Shown piece after piece: positions 24,401-35,698 of a stretch of DNA of 64,000 nucleotides. The stretch is from Octopus sinensis. Lineage: Eukaryota. The DNA lies in NCBI RefSeq assembly GCF_006345805.1, contig NC_043019.1:10477360-10541359 (forward strand). Reading direction: 5' to 3'. How positions within the stretch are numbered: position 1 is the stretch's first letter; each line of letters begins with the position of its first letter. Made by a program: the position numbers and the translations under genes. The notes under the pieces were generated by a model. That model saw nothing but the letters and a program-made list of their open reading frames with translations, searched no databases and was not told the DNA's origin.

Positions 24401-27400
24401 TCAATAGCCAGGCTAAACCAGTTCAGTTAGTGAACTGCTTACTATCTCACCTGTAGTTGTGACATGCACAGGTGAGATTTTTCAGCTACGGAAAGACCAG
24501 TGTGGCTAAAACCCAAGTTAGACATTCATGATGCATCGATCAATTCAGGACTTTTGGTGTGAAAGAGTTACGTTGTTTTGGGCAAGTCACCTGACTTGGA
24601 TGGACCTAGCCAGTTGTCTGCTCAGAACTTCTGTAAAGGTTTTGAGGGCGATTTGGCTGTTGTTTCTAGTCAGTTGAGTGACCATGTAGTGGAAGCACTC
24701 CGTCGGTTACGACGATGAGGGTTCCGGTTGATCCGAATCAACGGAACAGCCTGCTCGTGAAATTAACGTGTAAGTGGCTGAGCACTCCACAGACACGTGT
24801 ACCCTTAACGTAGTTCTCGGGGATATTCAGCGTGACACAGAGTGACAAGGCCGGCCCTTTGAAATACAGGTACAACAGAAACAGGAAGTAAGAGTGAGAG
24901 AAAGTTGTGGTGAAAGAGTACAGCAGGGATCACCACCATCCCCTGCCGGAGCCTCGTGGAGCTTTAGGTGTTTTCGCTCAATAAACACTCACAACGCCTG
25001 GTCTGGGAATCGAAACCGCGATCCTATGACCACGAGTCCGCTGCCCTAACCACTGGGCCATTGCGCCTCCACATGTAGTAATAATACCTTCATTGACTCT
25101 TTCTCGTCTTCTTCATTATAGACCCTCAGAGAGATAAGACCAACGAATGACTACCTGTGCTTCTGTCTGTCTTTCACCTATTGTTATTTGCTTTTTCAGG
25201 TGTTGCGTTGATCACTATTCCAACTAGCACAGCCGTGAGGACCAACGGATTCTCATACAGTGGTCAGCTGATTATGTTCTCCACAGATACCACCATGGGC
25301 CAACAATGTACCATACACATATACGACAGTAGAGATGATTCACAAATCAGTAAGTACACACAATGACACATTATTTCCATTCTATTTAACCCCGAGATCA
25401 GTCTTGACTAAGTGTACATGTTCATCCGTCAGAATGACAGGAACCAGTGGGCATCATGGGTGAGGAAGGACTTGTTCTGTGTCTTTATTTAAAGCAGTAA
25501 TTCTCAACTGTGGTCCATACAAGATTCTGTTAAAATTTATGTGAATTGGTTAAGTTACGTTAATTTTTTGGTTCAAGAAGCAAAAAGCAAGGCCATGTAG
25601 GGGACATGGAGTTATGTACAGGGAGGGTGTTCATGCAAAGAGTTCAGGCCATTTCTGGTCAAGAGAGACTTTGAACCGAGCGGTCGTTGGCATCTTCACT
25701 ATCTCGTCTGACAGCTTATTCCACGGATCCGCAACCCGGACGGAGAAAGACCCCTCTCCTTCGATTGAGATGAAATCGTCGCAGATAGAGCTTTTCGGAG
25801 TGACCCTGCAGACGACGCTCTGGAGCAGGAGTGAAGAACAGCTCTTTCGAGAGGTTACACTTTCCGTTTATGATGTTGTGAGCGAGAATGAGATCACCAC
25901 GTTGTCGTCGTTTTTCTAGAGAATAAAGGTCGAGCGTCTTCAGCCTTTCTTCATAGGACAAATGCTTGAAACCAAGAGCCATGCGGGTAGCCAGCTTCTG
26001 GACTCTTTCGAGATGATGTATGTCTTTGAGGAGATAAGGAGAAGAGGCTTGAATCCCGTACTCCAATATGGGTCTCACCAGCGTGACATAGAGCAGTAGG
26101 AATATGGCTGCTGTGAGCATTCCGAATGATCGTCGAATCAAAAACAGAACTCCTTGGTTATAACTTTTACAATGTACAAAATGTTTTAACAATTTTTTTT
26201 TATACTATTCCTTATATTTAATTATAAAAATATAGTAGTTTTTTAATCCTTTAGCTTTTAAACTGGCTAGATCCAGTCTCTCACACCTACCCTACAATGT
26301 CATTCTAAAAATAATCACATTATCAACTGCAACCACCCCTGTTTAACCATAACCAGCTTCCTGTTTAAATCTTCTAATACCAACCCACCCGAGACCACTC
26401 CTTGGTTCTATGATACAAGGATTTCTGTTTTAAAGTGTTCTAAATTAAAACCTTCCATCAAAATTTCACGTTGACTTATGTTCCAAACTCCAGCTTAATC
26501 TTTTACCAATTTATATTTATTTTAAAAATTGAAACAAAGCCAGTGTATTTCAACAGAAATATGATAACAAAAGGTTTAAATATTGTATGACTCAATCCAT
26601 CTATCATCATCATCATCATCATCATTTAACGTCCGCTTTCCATGCTAGCATGGGTTGGACGAATGACTGAGTGCTGGCAAACCAAATGGCTGCACCAGGC
26701 TCCAATCTTGATCTGGCAGAGTTTCTACAGCTTGATGCCCTTCCTAATGCTAACCACTCCGAGAGTGTAGTGGGTGCTTTTACGTGCCACCGGCACGAGG
26801 CCAGTCAGGCGGTACTGGCAATGACCTCACTCGAATCTTTTACACATGCCAGTGGCACAGGTGCCAGTAAGGCGATGTTGGTAACGATCACGCTCGAATG
26901 GTGTCTTTTGCGTGCCACCGGCATGGAGGCCCAATAGCCACTCTGGCAACGATCACGCTCGGATGGTGCTCTTAATACCCTACTAGCACGGGGCTCGAGT
27001 GCCAGTAATGCGATGCTGGTAACAATCATGCTCGAATGGAGCCTTTTAAGTGCCACTGGCACGGAAGCCAGTTAGCTGCTCTGTCAATGATCACACTCGT
27101 ATGGTGCTCTTTGCACCCTGCAAGCACGGACACCAGTCATCGAATTTGTTCTGTAAGTTACCTAAGAGCCTTCCCTGTTTCTATGATGCAAATTTTGTTT
27201 TAATGTAATCTAAATTAAAAACTTCATCAAAATTTCGTGTTAATTTACATTCCAAACACCAGCTTAATAATAATGACAGTTATTTTACTAAATTTTTAAT
27301 TACTTTCAAAATTAATTCAAACAAAGGCAGTGTATTTCAACAGGAATATACTTACAAATGGGTTTAAAACATCTTTGGAGTATACAAAACACCAAATCTG

Positions 27401-28215
27401 TTCTTAATGCTCTAGACCACATATCTATAAATAGGTGCCATGAGGTGGTGCATCGATGCATAAGTTGTCTGTAGGTGTCTCGTTAGTTAGGAAGTCTGAA
27501 TGTCCCTTGTCTTTGTTTGTAACCTGCTGAACGGATCTGATAAGATTTGATCTCTTGACTCTTGATTCCAATGCACTGGTGACCAATATGTTTCTTTGTC
27601 TTCCCAGCAAACTGCAAGCCTGCGAGAAGCGTAGAGGTTACTGATTCCAAAGTTACCTGTGGCCTGTGGGGCCCTTACGATGAATACCTGATAACAGGCC
27701 ATGAAAACGGAGAATTGAGACACTACGATATTAAGGTACGTACGTCTGTAAACCCCATCAAAGACTTTCTGGTGTATGTGTTCTGGAGAACAGAACATTA
27801 TACAATTTGATTATCATCATCATCTCAGTGTCCATTTTTGCCATACTTGCATGGGTTGGACAGCGTTGATTGTGGCAGCATGGACAAGTGATAATAAATA
27901 TATATATATGTGGAGGTGCAATGGCCCAGTGGTTAGGGCAACGGACTCGCGGTTGTAGGATCGCGGTTTCGATTCCCAGACCGGGCGTTGTGAGTGGTTA
28001 ATGAGCGAAAACACCTAAAAGCTCCACAAGGCTCCGGCAGGGGGTGGTGATCCCTGCTGTACTCTTTCACCACAACTTTCTCTCATTCTTTCTTCTGTTG
28101 GCCTGCTCCCTTAGCCAGTGGGGTGGCATCATTCGAAGGCTAAAACAATGCGAACGCATTGTGACCAGCGATGTGTAACAACATCTGATGGTCTGTTCGG
28201 TCACGTGATCACGTG

Positions 28216-28246
<31 letters not shown>

Positions 28247-30033
28247 ATATATATGCACAGGCGTGGCTGTGTGATAAGAAGCTTGTTTCTTATCACATAG
28301 CAAGGCAGCGAGCTGGCAGAAACGTTAGCATACCGGGTGAAATGCTTAGCGGTATTTCGTCTGTCGTTATGTTCTGAGTTCAAATTCCACCGAGGTCGAC
28401 TTAGCCTTTCATCCTTTCGGGGTCGATAAATTAAGTACCAGTTACGCACTGGGGTCGATGTAATCGACTTAATACCTATATCTGTCCTTGTTTGTCCTCT
28501 CTATGTTTAGCCCCTTGTGGGTAATAAAGAAATAGGTATTTCATCTGCCGCTACATTCTGAGTTCAAATTCCACCAAGGTCGACTTAGCCTTTCATCCTT
28601 TCGGGGTCGATTAAGTAAGTACCAGTTATGCACTGGGGTCGATGTAATCGACTTAATCCCTTTGTCTGTCCTTGTTTGTCCCCTCTATGTTTAGCCCCTT
28701 GTGGGTAATAAAGAAATAAGAAGCTTGCTTCCCAACCACATGGCTCTGGGTTCAGTCCCACTGCATGGTACCTTGGGCAAGTGTCTTTTACTGTAGCCTC
28801 GGGCTGACCAAAGCTTTCTGAGTTGATTTGGTAGATGGAAACTGGAAGAAGCTTGTCGTATATATATGTATATATTTGTGTGTGTGTGTGCGTTTGTCCC
28901 CCCCCCCACTATCGCTTGACAACCGATGCTGGTGTGTTTGTGTCCAGAGAATTATTGTAACCATGGTTATCTCCCTTGTGTTTTTCTTGTCTTTACCAGC
29001 TTCTCTTATTTGAAACGTCATCACCTCAAAAGACGACTAACAAACGGTTTTGTCTTCAGCTTGATAAATGGCAGAATAAATAATCGTTTTGATCAGGAAA
29101 CCCTGGGTATCTCTATTTGCAAGATTTGTGGGTTTTTTTATTATAAGATTGCATATCATCATCATCATCATCATCGTCGTTTATTGTCCGCTTTCCATGC
29201 TAGCATGGGTTAGACGATTTGACTGAGGACTGGCGAACCAGATGGTTGCACCAGGCTCCAAACTTGACTTGGCATAGTTTCTACAGCTGGATGCCCTTCC
29301 TAACGCCAGCCACTCCGAGAGTGTAGTGGGTGCTTTTTACTTGCCACCTGCACAGGTGCCAGGGGAGGCTGGCAAATGGCCACGATTGGATGGTGCTTTT
29401 TACATGCCAGAGGAATTCCTGAGGTAAATCCCGTGGCATTTATATCCATACTGTTGATGACATCAGGTAGCCGCAGACAGCGAATGTGCTTTAATCAGGC
29501 GGTACTGGCAACGGTCACAGAAAATCCTGTTTTTTTTGTTTTTATTTATTTATATGTGTGTGTGTGTGTGTGTGTATCATCATCGTTTAACATCTGCCTT
29601 CCATGCTGGCATGGGTTGGACGGTTTGATAGGAGCTTGCTAGGCAAGAGCTTGCACTGGCCTTCACTGTCTGTTTTAGCATGGTTTTTACAACTGGATGC
29701 CCTTCCTGATGCCAACTACCCAGCAGGGTGAAAATATATATATATATATATATATATAGATAGATAGATAAGAAGTTGGTTTGTGAAAGCACGTGGTTGA
29801 ATATATAGAAAATAGTAAAAAGTGAAAAAACTACAGAAGGCTTGTTTTAAAAGGTTAAAAATATATATTTGAGTCAATATGTCTGAAGAATATTATAAAT
29901 TTTTTCTTTTCTTACAATGACATTGTAAGAAAAGAAAAAATTTATAATATTCTTCAGACATATTGACTCAAATATATATTTTTTAACCTTTTAAAACAAG
30001 CCTTCTGTAGTTTTTTCACTTTTTACTATTTTC

Positions 30034-30079
<46 letters not shown>

Positions 30080-33000
30080 TACATACATGTAGCCGTTGAC
30101 CCATATATCGATATATAACAGCAATGATAATCGTCCAGCTTATATATTTATAATTTTCTTTCTCTTCCCCCACTAGACTGGTGATCAAGTTCTCACTGTT
30201 GCTGACCACAAGCGATCAATTAATGATATTCAGGCATCACTGGATCAAACCATGATAATTACTGCTTCAAAGGATAACACTGCCAAGGTTGGTATCTCCC
30301 AGCTCTTCTGCTCATTTTATCATCGCCATCATGACCAGATGTCTTGTAGGTGGAGCTGAAACTTGTATTTCTTTTACTATTTCAGTTGTATCTGTTGCAC
30401 ACCTGTTTACCACTGCAGTAGTCTTGTTAGTACTTTTGTTTAACTTTTTTCTGATACTAACCCACCTGAGAATTCATCTACGAAGCAATTGCCCCAGCTC
30501 CCCTTCAGGGTTGGCGAAAGCGATGTGGTGGACAACGAAAAACCTGGCTGATGACAGTCAAGGCTGATCTGGAACCCACCTGTGATTACAGGTCTGCTTA
30601 ATCAAGGCTAACCGAGGGCTAAACAAGTATTACCATTAGTGTGGTTGTCTGTCTGTCCAGTTTATCATTTCGGCCGGGCATTGGGTCCAACCTTTTCACC
30701 CTCGAAGGATCTGTTTTATTTAAATGAATTTTTCCTGATGGAACCCCAGCTATTGAAACATGTTTCTACTCAACAAATTCCTAACCCACAGATCCCCAAC
30801 ACACCCCTGGTACTTCTATCAAGGCGGCGAGATGGCAGAAACATTAGCACGCCGGGCAAAATGCTTAGCAGTATTTCGTCTGCCACTACGTTCTGAGTTC
30901 AAATTACGCCGAGGTCGACTTTGCCTTTCATCCTTTCGGGGTCGATTAAATAAGTACCAGTTACGCACTGGGGTTGATATAATCGACTTAATCCATTTGT
31001 CTGTCCATGTTTGTCCCCTCTGTGTTTAGCCCCTTGTGGGTAGTAAAGAAATAGGTATTTCGTCTGCTGCTACGTTCTGAGTTCAAATTCCACCAAGGTC
31101 GACTTTGCCTTTCATCCTTTCGGGGTCGATTAAATAAGTACCAGTTACGCACTGGGGGTCGATATAATCGACTTAATCCATTGGTCTGTCCTTGTTTGTC
31201 CCCTCTGTGTTTAGCCCCCTTGTGGGTAATAAAGAAATAGAAATAGGGACTACCATTGTTGGCCCCAAACAAGATTGTGGGTCAGCAACTGCTGCAATGT
31301 TTATATTAAGCTTTAGGATTGTTGCATTCACACATATCGTCATTCATACAAACATTGCCTCTCACACACATTCACTCATATACACTCTCACATTCAGTCA
31401 CTCACACACTCTCACTCTCACACATTCACTCATACTCACAGACCTGCTTCTTTGATTTGTTGCACTGAATCCAAAGTATGAACCCCATCACATCACTGGA
31501 ATTTCTCTCCCTCTCTACCCAATCTCTCATCCATTGCAGCTCTTTGATTCGAGTTCCTTACAACTGATGAAGACTTTCAGAACAGAACGCCCGGTCAATT
31601 CAGCATCCATGTCATCATTGAAGGAACACGTAAGTTATAGATTTTATTTCATCATCATCATTAGCATTTAACGTCTGCTTTCCCATAATTGCATGGGTCA
31701 GAGCGAATTTAAACCAGCCATCATCATCATCATCGTTCAACGTCCGTTTTCCATGATAGCATGGGTTGGACAGTTCGACCAGGGTCTGGGAAGCCAGGAG
31801 GCTGCACCAGGCTCCTGTCTGCCTCCTGGCTCCCCAGACCCCTGTAGGTTTCATGTTCAAACCAGCCAGATGCTTCCTGCCACATCTCTACAATGTCATT
31901 TTGAAAATAAGCAATCATATCAACAAAATCTCAAAGCTAAGAGCAGTGTGAATAAATAAGCATTGCATTTGATGAAATAATCTGAATGCCAAAGGGTTGA
32001 GGCAGATTTTCTGTAGCAAGATGCCCTTCCTGTCACCAACCTTCACCTATTTCCAAGCATTAATGGGGTCTTAAGGCAGCGAGCTGGCAGAAACGTTAGC
32101 ACACCAGGCGAAATGCTTTGCGGTATTTCGTCTGTCATTACGTTGTGAGTTCAAATTCCGCCGAGGTCGACTTTGCCTTTCATCCTTTCTGGGTCGATAA
32201 ATTAAGTACCAGTGACACACTGGGGTCGATGTAATCAACTTAATCCGTTTGTCTGTCCTTGTTTGTCCCCTCTGTGTTTAGCCCCTTGTGGGTAGTAAAG
32301 AAATAGGTATTTTGTCTGTCGTTACATTCTGAGTTCAAATTCCGCCGAGGTCGATTAAATATGTACCAGTTACGCACTGGGGTCGATATAATCAACATAA
32401 TCCATTTGTCTGTTCTTGTAGCCCCTTGTAGGCAGTAGAGAAATAGGTATCAGTCTCTCTGGTTTCGGTAGGCCTGCAAAGGGCATCAAGCACCGCTCCT
32501 TCTTCAACTCCATCATCATCATCATTAGTATTTTAATGCCCATTTTCCATGCTAATGATTCTGTGAGCTCGTAGCCTTCAGTAAAAATAATAATTACAAC
32601 GATAATTATGTGTTTGTGTTTCAGGTGATCCTTGGAGGTGGACAGGAGGCTATGGAGGTGACCACCACATCAGCCAGGGTGGGTAAATTTGATGCCCGGT
32701 TTTTCCACTTGATATTCGAGGAAGAGTTTGGCCGTGTCAAAGGACATTTTGGACCCATAAACAGTGTTGCCTTCCATCCCGATGGCAAAAGGTAAGCTAG
32801 CACTTTCTCTCTCTCTTTGTGAAGTGTGCATCTGTCCTTGTTTGTCCCCTCTGTGTTTAGCCCCTTGTGGGTAGTAAAGAAATAAGTATTTCATCTGTCG
32901 TTACGTTCTGAGTTCGAATTCCACTGAGGTCGACTTTACCTTTCATCCTTTCGGGATCGATAAATAAAGTACCAGTTACGCACTGGGGTCGATGTAATCG

Positions 33001-33243
33001 ACTTAATACCTATATCTGTCCTTGTTTGTCCCCTCTGTGTTTAGCCCCTTGTGGGCAATAAAGAAATATATATTATATATAGGCGCAGGAGTGGCTGCGT
33101 GGTAAGTAGCTTGCTAACCAACCACATGGTTCCGGGTTCAGTCCCACTACGTGGCATCTTGGGCAAGTGTCTTCTGCTATAGCCCCGGGCCGACCAATGC
33201 CTTGTGAGTGGATTTGGTAGACGGAAACTGAAAGAAGCCTGTC

Positions 33244-33285
<42 letters not shown>

Positions 33286-33659
33286 ATGTGTTTGTCCCCC
33301 TAGCATTGCTTGACAAACGATGCTGGTGTGTTTACGTCCCCGTCACTTAGCGGTTCGGCAAAAGAGACCGATAGAATAAGTACTGGGCTTACAAAGAATA
33401 AGTCCCGGGGTCGATTTGCTCGACTAAAGGCGGTGCTCCAGCATGGCCGCAGTCAAATGACTGAAACAAGTAAAAGAGAAAAAGAGAGATGTATATATAT
33501 CTGTGTGTGTGTGTGTCTGTGTGTCCATTACATTTTCCATATAGATTTGATCCTAAAGAATTCTGTTTCTGTTGCAGTTTCAGCAGCGGTGGTGAAGATG
33601 GTTACGTGCGAGTGCACTACTTCGACCAATCTTACTTTGACTTTGAAATGGAGATTTAA
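11116..33659 (+). CDS. EIF3I: Eukaryotic translation initiation factor 3 subunit I (WD40), complete 9-exon CDS: join(11116-11118,21733-21913,23382-23447,25200-25349,27608-27735,30177-30287,31540-31629,32625-32791,33578-33659)
   Basis: Exons sum to 978 nt = 325 aa + TAA, all introns GT-AG with consistent phases. Translation [24 protein letters not shown]...[17 protein letters not shown]...[69 protein letters not shown] matches eIF3i as I recall it (human protein also 325 aa). Confidence 0.97.
13341..13620 (-). mobile_element. RTE-tail-related SINE/LINE end (family D, (GAT)n tail) nested in Merlin
   Basis: gttaggaagggcatccagctg...aaacgatgatga; copies also at 12505-12702, 15566-15990, 26605-27140, 29157-29400, 36061-36385. 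Confidence 0.75.
13681..13915 (-). mobile_element. Family A tRNA-SINE monomer nested in Merlin
   Basis: 16-bp TSD caagaaagacatttct (13665-13680 / 13925-13940). Confidence 0.85.
14370..14857 (+). mobile_element. 3' fragment of an RLE-type non-LTR retrotransposon (Hero/NeSL-like)
   Basis: [25 protein letters not shown] resembles the C-terminal motif after the restriction-like endonuclease; followed by a GC-rich 3'UTR. Confidence 0.55.
15130..15465 (+). mobile_element. RTE-clade LINE fragment
   Basis: [22 protein letters not shown]...[21 protein letters not shown]. Confidence 0.7.
17165..17578 (+). mobile_element. Merlin-like MITE copy
   Basis: GGATCTTTTC...GAAAAGATCC; 8-bp TSD tagtctaa/cggtctaa. 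Confidence 0.85.
20780..21244 (+). mobile_element. Two tandem piggyBac-like MITEs (20780-21000, 21025-21244)
   Basis: TTAA|CCCTTT...AAAGGG|TTAA termini; degenerate relatives at about 26350-26580 and 27130-27365. Confidence 0.75.
21733..21913 (+). CDS. EIF3I: eIF3i exon 2
   Basis: tttccag|AAACCG...GTGGATT|gtatcc; [60 protein letters not shown]. Confidence 0.97.
21995..22830. repeat. 62-66 bp minisatellite (about 7 units) interrupted by two MITEs
   Basis: Unit ~tatatcaatcattagtcatataaagccacaagattaaacttttgacaatacactacagtatgaa; marker spacing 64, 66, 62, 66. Confidence 0.8.
22049..22267 (+). mobile_element. piggyBac-like MITE (second family)
   Basis: TTAA-flanked, CCCTTTAG...CTAAAGGG TIRs; copies at 16529-16735, 18573-18800, 22590-22810, 31848-32000. 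Confidence 0.75.
22831..23183. repeat. Tail-to-tail inverted pair of family D elements
   Basis: 22831-23001 (+) and 23009-23183 (-), spacer about 9 nt. Confidence 0.85.
23382..23447 (+). CDS. EIF3I: eIF3i exon 3
   Basis: ttttag|GGTGC...GAAAAAG|gtaaag; (W)[21 protein letters not shown]. Confidence 0.95.
24690..25072 (-). mobile_element. tRNA(Arg)-like-headed SINE, family C
   Basis: gtggaggcgcaatggcccagtggttagggc...ggtttcgattcc...gtaaccgacggagtgcttcc; copies at 36658-37020(-), 37370-37740, 38362-38738(-), 38959-39345; variants 27908-28215, 48798-49049 (13-bp TSD aacttagactaag). Confidence 0.88.
25200..25349 (+). CDS. EIF3I: eIF3i exon 4
   Basis: tttcag|GTGTT...AAATCA|gtaagt; (G)[49 protein letters not shown]. 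Confidence 0.95.
25610..26160 (-). mobile_element. CR1-clade LINE 3' fragment
   Basis: [13 protein letters not shown]...[11 protein letters not shown]...[23 protein letters not shown]...GHSEKL. Confidence 0.9.
27608..27735 (+). CDS. EIF3I: eIF3i exon 5
   Basis: cccag|CAAAC...ATTAAG|gtacgt; [42 protein letters not shown]. Confidence 0.95.
28311..28718 (+). mobile_element. Family A SINE dimer (one head + two body units) inserted into a family B SINE
   Basis: Junction aaagaaata|ggtatttc; similar dimers at 30821-31240, 32074-32450, 55910-56178(-). Confidence 0.85.
29801..30040. repeat. Near-perfect AT-rich palindrome, ~119-bp arms, 1-nt loop
   Basis: cttacaatg-a-cattgtaag centre at 29920; only difference seen is a 1-bp homopolymer indel. 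Confidence 0.92.
30177..30287 (+). CDS. EIF3I: eIF3i exon 6
   Basis: cactag|ACTGGT...GCCAAG|gttggt; [37 protein letters not shown]. Confidence 0.95.
31540..31629 (+). CDS. EIF3I: eIF3i exon 7
   Basis: ttgcag|CTCTTT...GAACAC|gtaagt; [30 protein letters not shown]. Confidence 0.95.
32625..32791 (+). CDS. EIF3I: eIF3i exon 8
   Basis: tttcag|GTGATC...AAAAG|gtaagc; [55 protein letters not shown]. Confidence 0.97.
33578..33659 (+). CDS. EIF3I: eIF3i exon 9 (terminal)
   Basis: ttgcag|TTTCAGC...ATTTAA; (S)[26 protein letters not shown]; AATAAA at 33693-33698. Confidence 0.96.
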
Positions 33660-34699
33660 TTCTTTTAAGAATCTGTGGAGAATAATGGCTGAAATAAAGT
33701 TATGTTTACATCACCTTCTTGTTGCCGTTGATGTCATTCTACCATTCCAGGTGATAATTGCTGTTGTTGTTGTTGGTCTATCGTTCCAGGTGAACTCTTG
33801 AGATGACTTTTGATCAAAGGTGTTCTTACCTGCGACCGTTTTTGTCTTTTATGCAGGCATAGTGAATCTAAAACTACATTAATTAATGTACCCTTCTTTG
33901 TCGTTTAGCCTTAATTAAAAATATTCCAACCGTGACCATCCTGTCTTTTATTCAGATTTAGTGTATTTAGGTCTACAAAAAGAAAATCATGTTGAATCCC
34001 TGGTCATTCTTTTATTTTTTTTTTTAAACTGAAATGTAATTTGGTAAGATTTAGCTGCTATTTCTAAAAGCAAGTGTTACCATGGCTACAGAAGCCAGCT
34101 ACCAGGACAAAGGCAATAACAACGATAACCCTTTTTACTAAAGGCACAAGGTGGGCAGGGGACTAGTTGATTACATTGACCCCATTGTTTCACTGGTATT
34201 TATTTTAGGCAGCGAGCTGGCAGAAACGTTAGCACGCCGGGCAAAATGTGTAGCCGTATTTTGTCTGCCATTACGTTCTGAGTTCAAATTCTGCCGAGGT
34301 CGACTTTGCTTTTCATCCTTTCGGGGTCGATAAATTAAGTACCAGTTACGCACTGGGGTCAATATAATCGACTTAATCCGTTTGTTTGTCCTTGTTTGTC
34401 TCCTCAGTGTTTAGCCCCTTGTGGGTAGTAAAGAAATAGGTATTTTATCGTCCCCTAAAGGATGGAAGTCAAAGTCAGCCTCGGTGAAGGAAAAGGATAA
34501 GGACATACACAGAAAGCTCCCAAACAAACTAACATGTCTGCGTCAACAGTGGTCCTAATATCTGGCAAAAGCATCTGGAGCCATTATTTGGACCTTTGGT
34601 GCATAAATGAATGGTACCATATGAAATCCGTTGGGTGGGTCTCGAGTTTTAGTGATGCACACAGGCAGACAGACAGACACAGGTTCTCAGTTTGATAAA

Positions 34700-35420
34700 T
34701 AGAGAATACTAAACTCATTCCCTATGGATACCGTATTTATTACAACTCGTGGCTTGTAAACGTATCTAACTCGCTTTCGCTCGTTAGATACGTTTACAAG
34801 CCACTCGTAATTAATACGGTATCCATAGGGAATGAGTTTGGTATTTTATTTATTACACACGAATAAACGACCATATTTTATTAAGCCCAATAACTAAATT
34901 CTTCACGTTTAGTTGTAACTTATGAATGACAAAAGTAGTGCCGCCACCGTGACCTCGGGTCATCACCATAGATTGACCAATCAGAAGCAGCGCTGTCACC
35001 GTGACCTCGAGTCATCACTATGGATTGACCAATCAGAAGCAGCGCTGTCACCGTGACCTCGAGTCATCACCATGGATTGACCAATCAGAAGCAGCGCTGT
35101 CACCGTGACCTCGAGTCATCACCATGGATTGACCAATCAGAAGCAGCGCTGTCACCGTGACCTCGGGTCATAACCATGGATTGACCAATCAGAAGCAGCG
35201 CTGTCACCGTGACCTCGAGTCATCACCATGGATTGACCAATCAGAAGCAGCGCTGTCACCGTGACCTCGAGTCATCACCATGGATTGACCAATCAGAAGC
35301 AGCGCTGTCACCGTGACCTCGGGTCATCACCATGGATTGACCAATCAGAAGTAGCGCTCGCAGTATCTGACATAGATACCAAAAATATCTCAGTGTTCTC
35401 ACTCACATGTGTGTAATAAA
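34700..35420. mobile_element. Non-autonomous element: long hairpin + subterminal IRs + 8 x 52-bp tandem array
   Basis: Hairpin 34705-34845 (loop tcgctttcgctc); IR ttattacacac/gtgtgtaataa; array 34945-35358; small stem-loop gtatct-gacat-agatac. Confidence 0.7.
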
Positions 35421-35618
35421 TATTTAGATTCCAGGCTTTAAAACCCAAAGTACTGGGAATCAATACATTAGTCTGAAAATTTCTTCACGACAGTGCTCCA
35501 GCATGGCCGCGGTCTAATGACTGAAACAAGTAAAGAGTTTGAAATAAATAAAACCTAATATTTATTAAGTTATTGTCAGACAAGCAGCAAACAGCCAGGT
35601 AGCGTGATGGTAGAGAGT

Positions 35619-35698
35619 TCAAATCTCATTGTTGCTGATTTGTGAAGGTTTTTTCGTGAGATGTGCTGTAGCTCTTGCTTTCAGTTTTGTGTAAGGTC
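35619..35698 (-). CDS. C8orf74: C8orf74-like exon 5 (terminal)
   Basis: ctcctgcag|GACCT...ATTTGA; (G)PYTKLKARATAHLTKKPSQISNNEI*; minus-strand AATAAA at 35561-35566. Confidence 0.78.

Noticed and set aside
33310-33801. 163-aa ORF
   Set aside because: SINE sequence fused to an off-frame reading of eIF3i exon 9 and its UTR.
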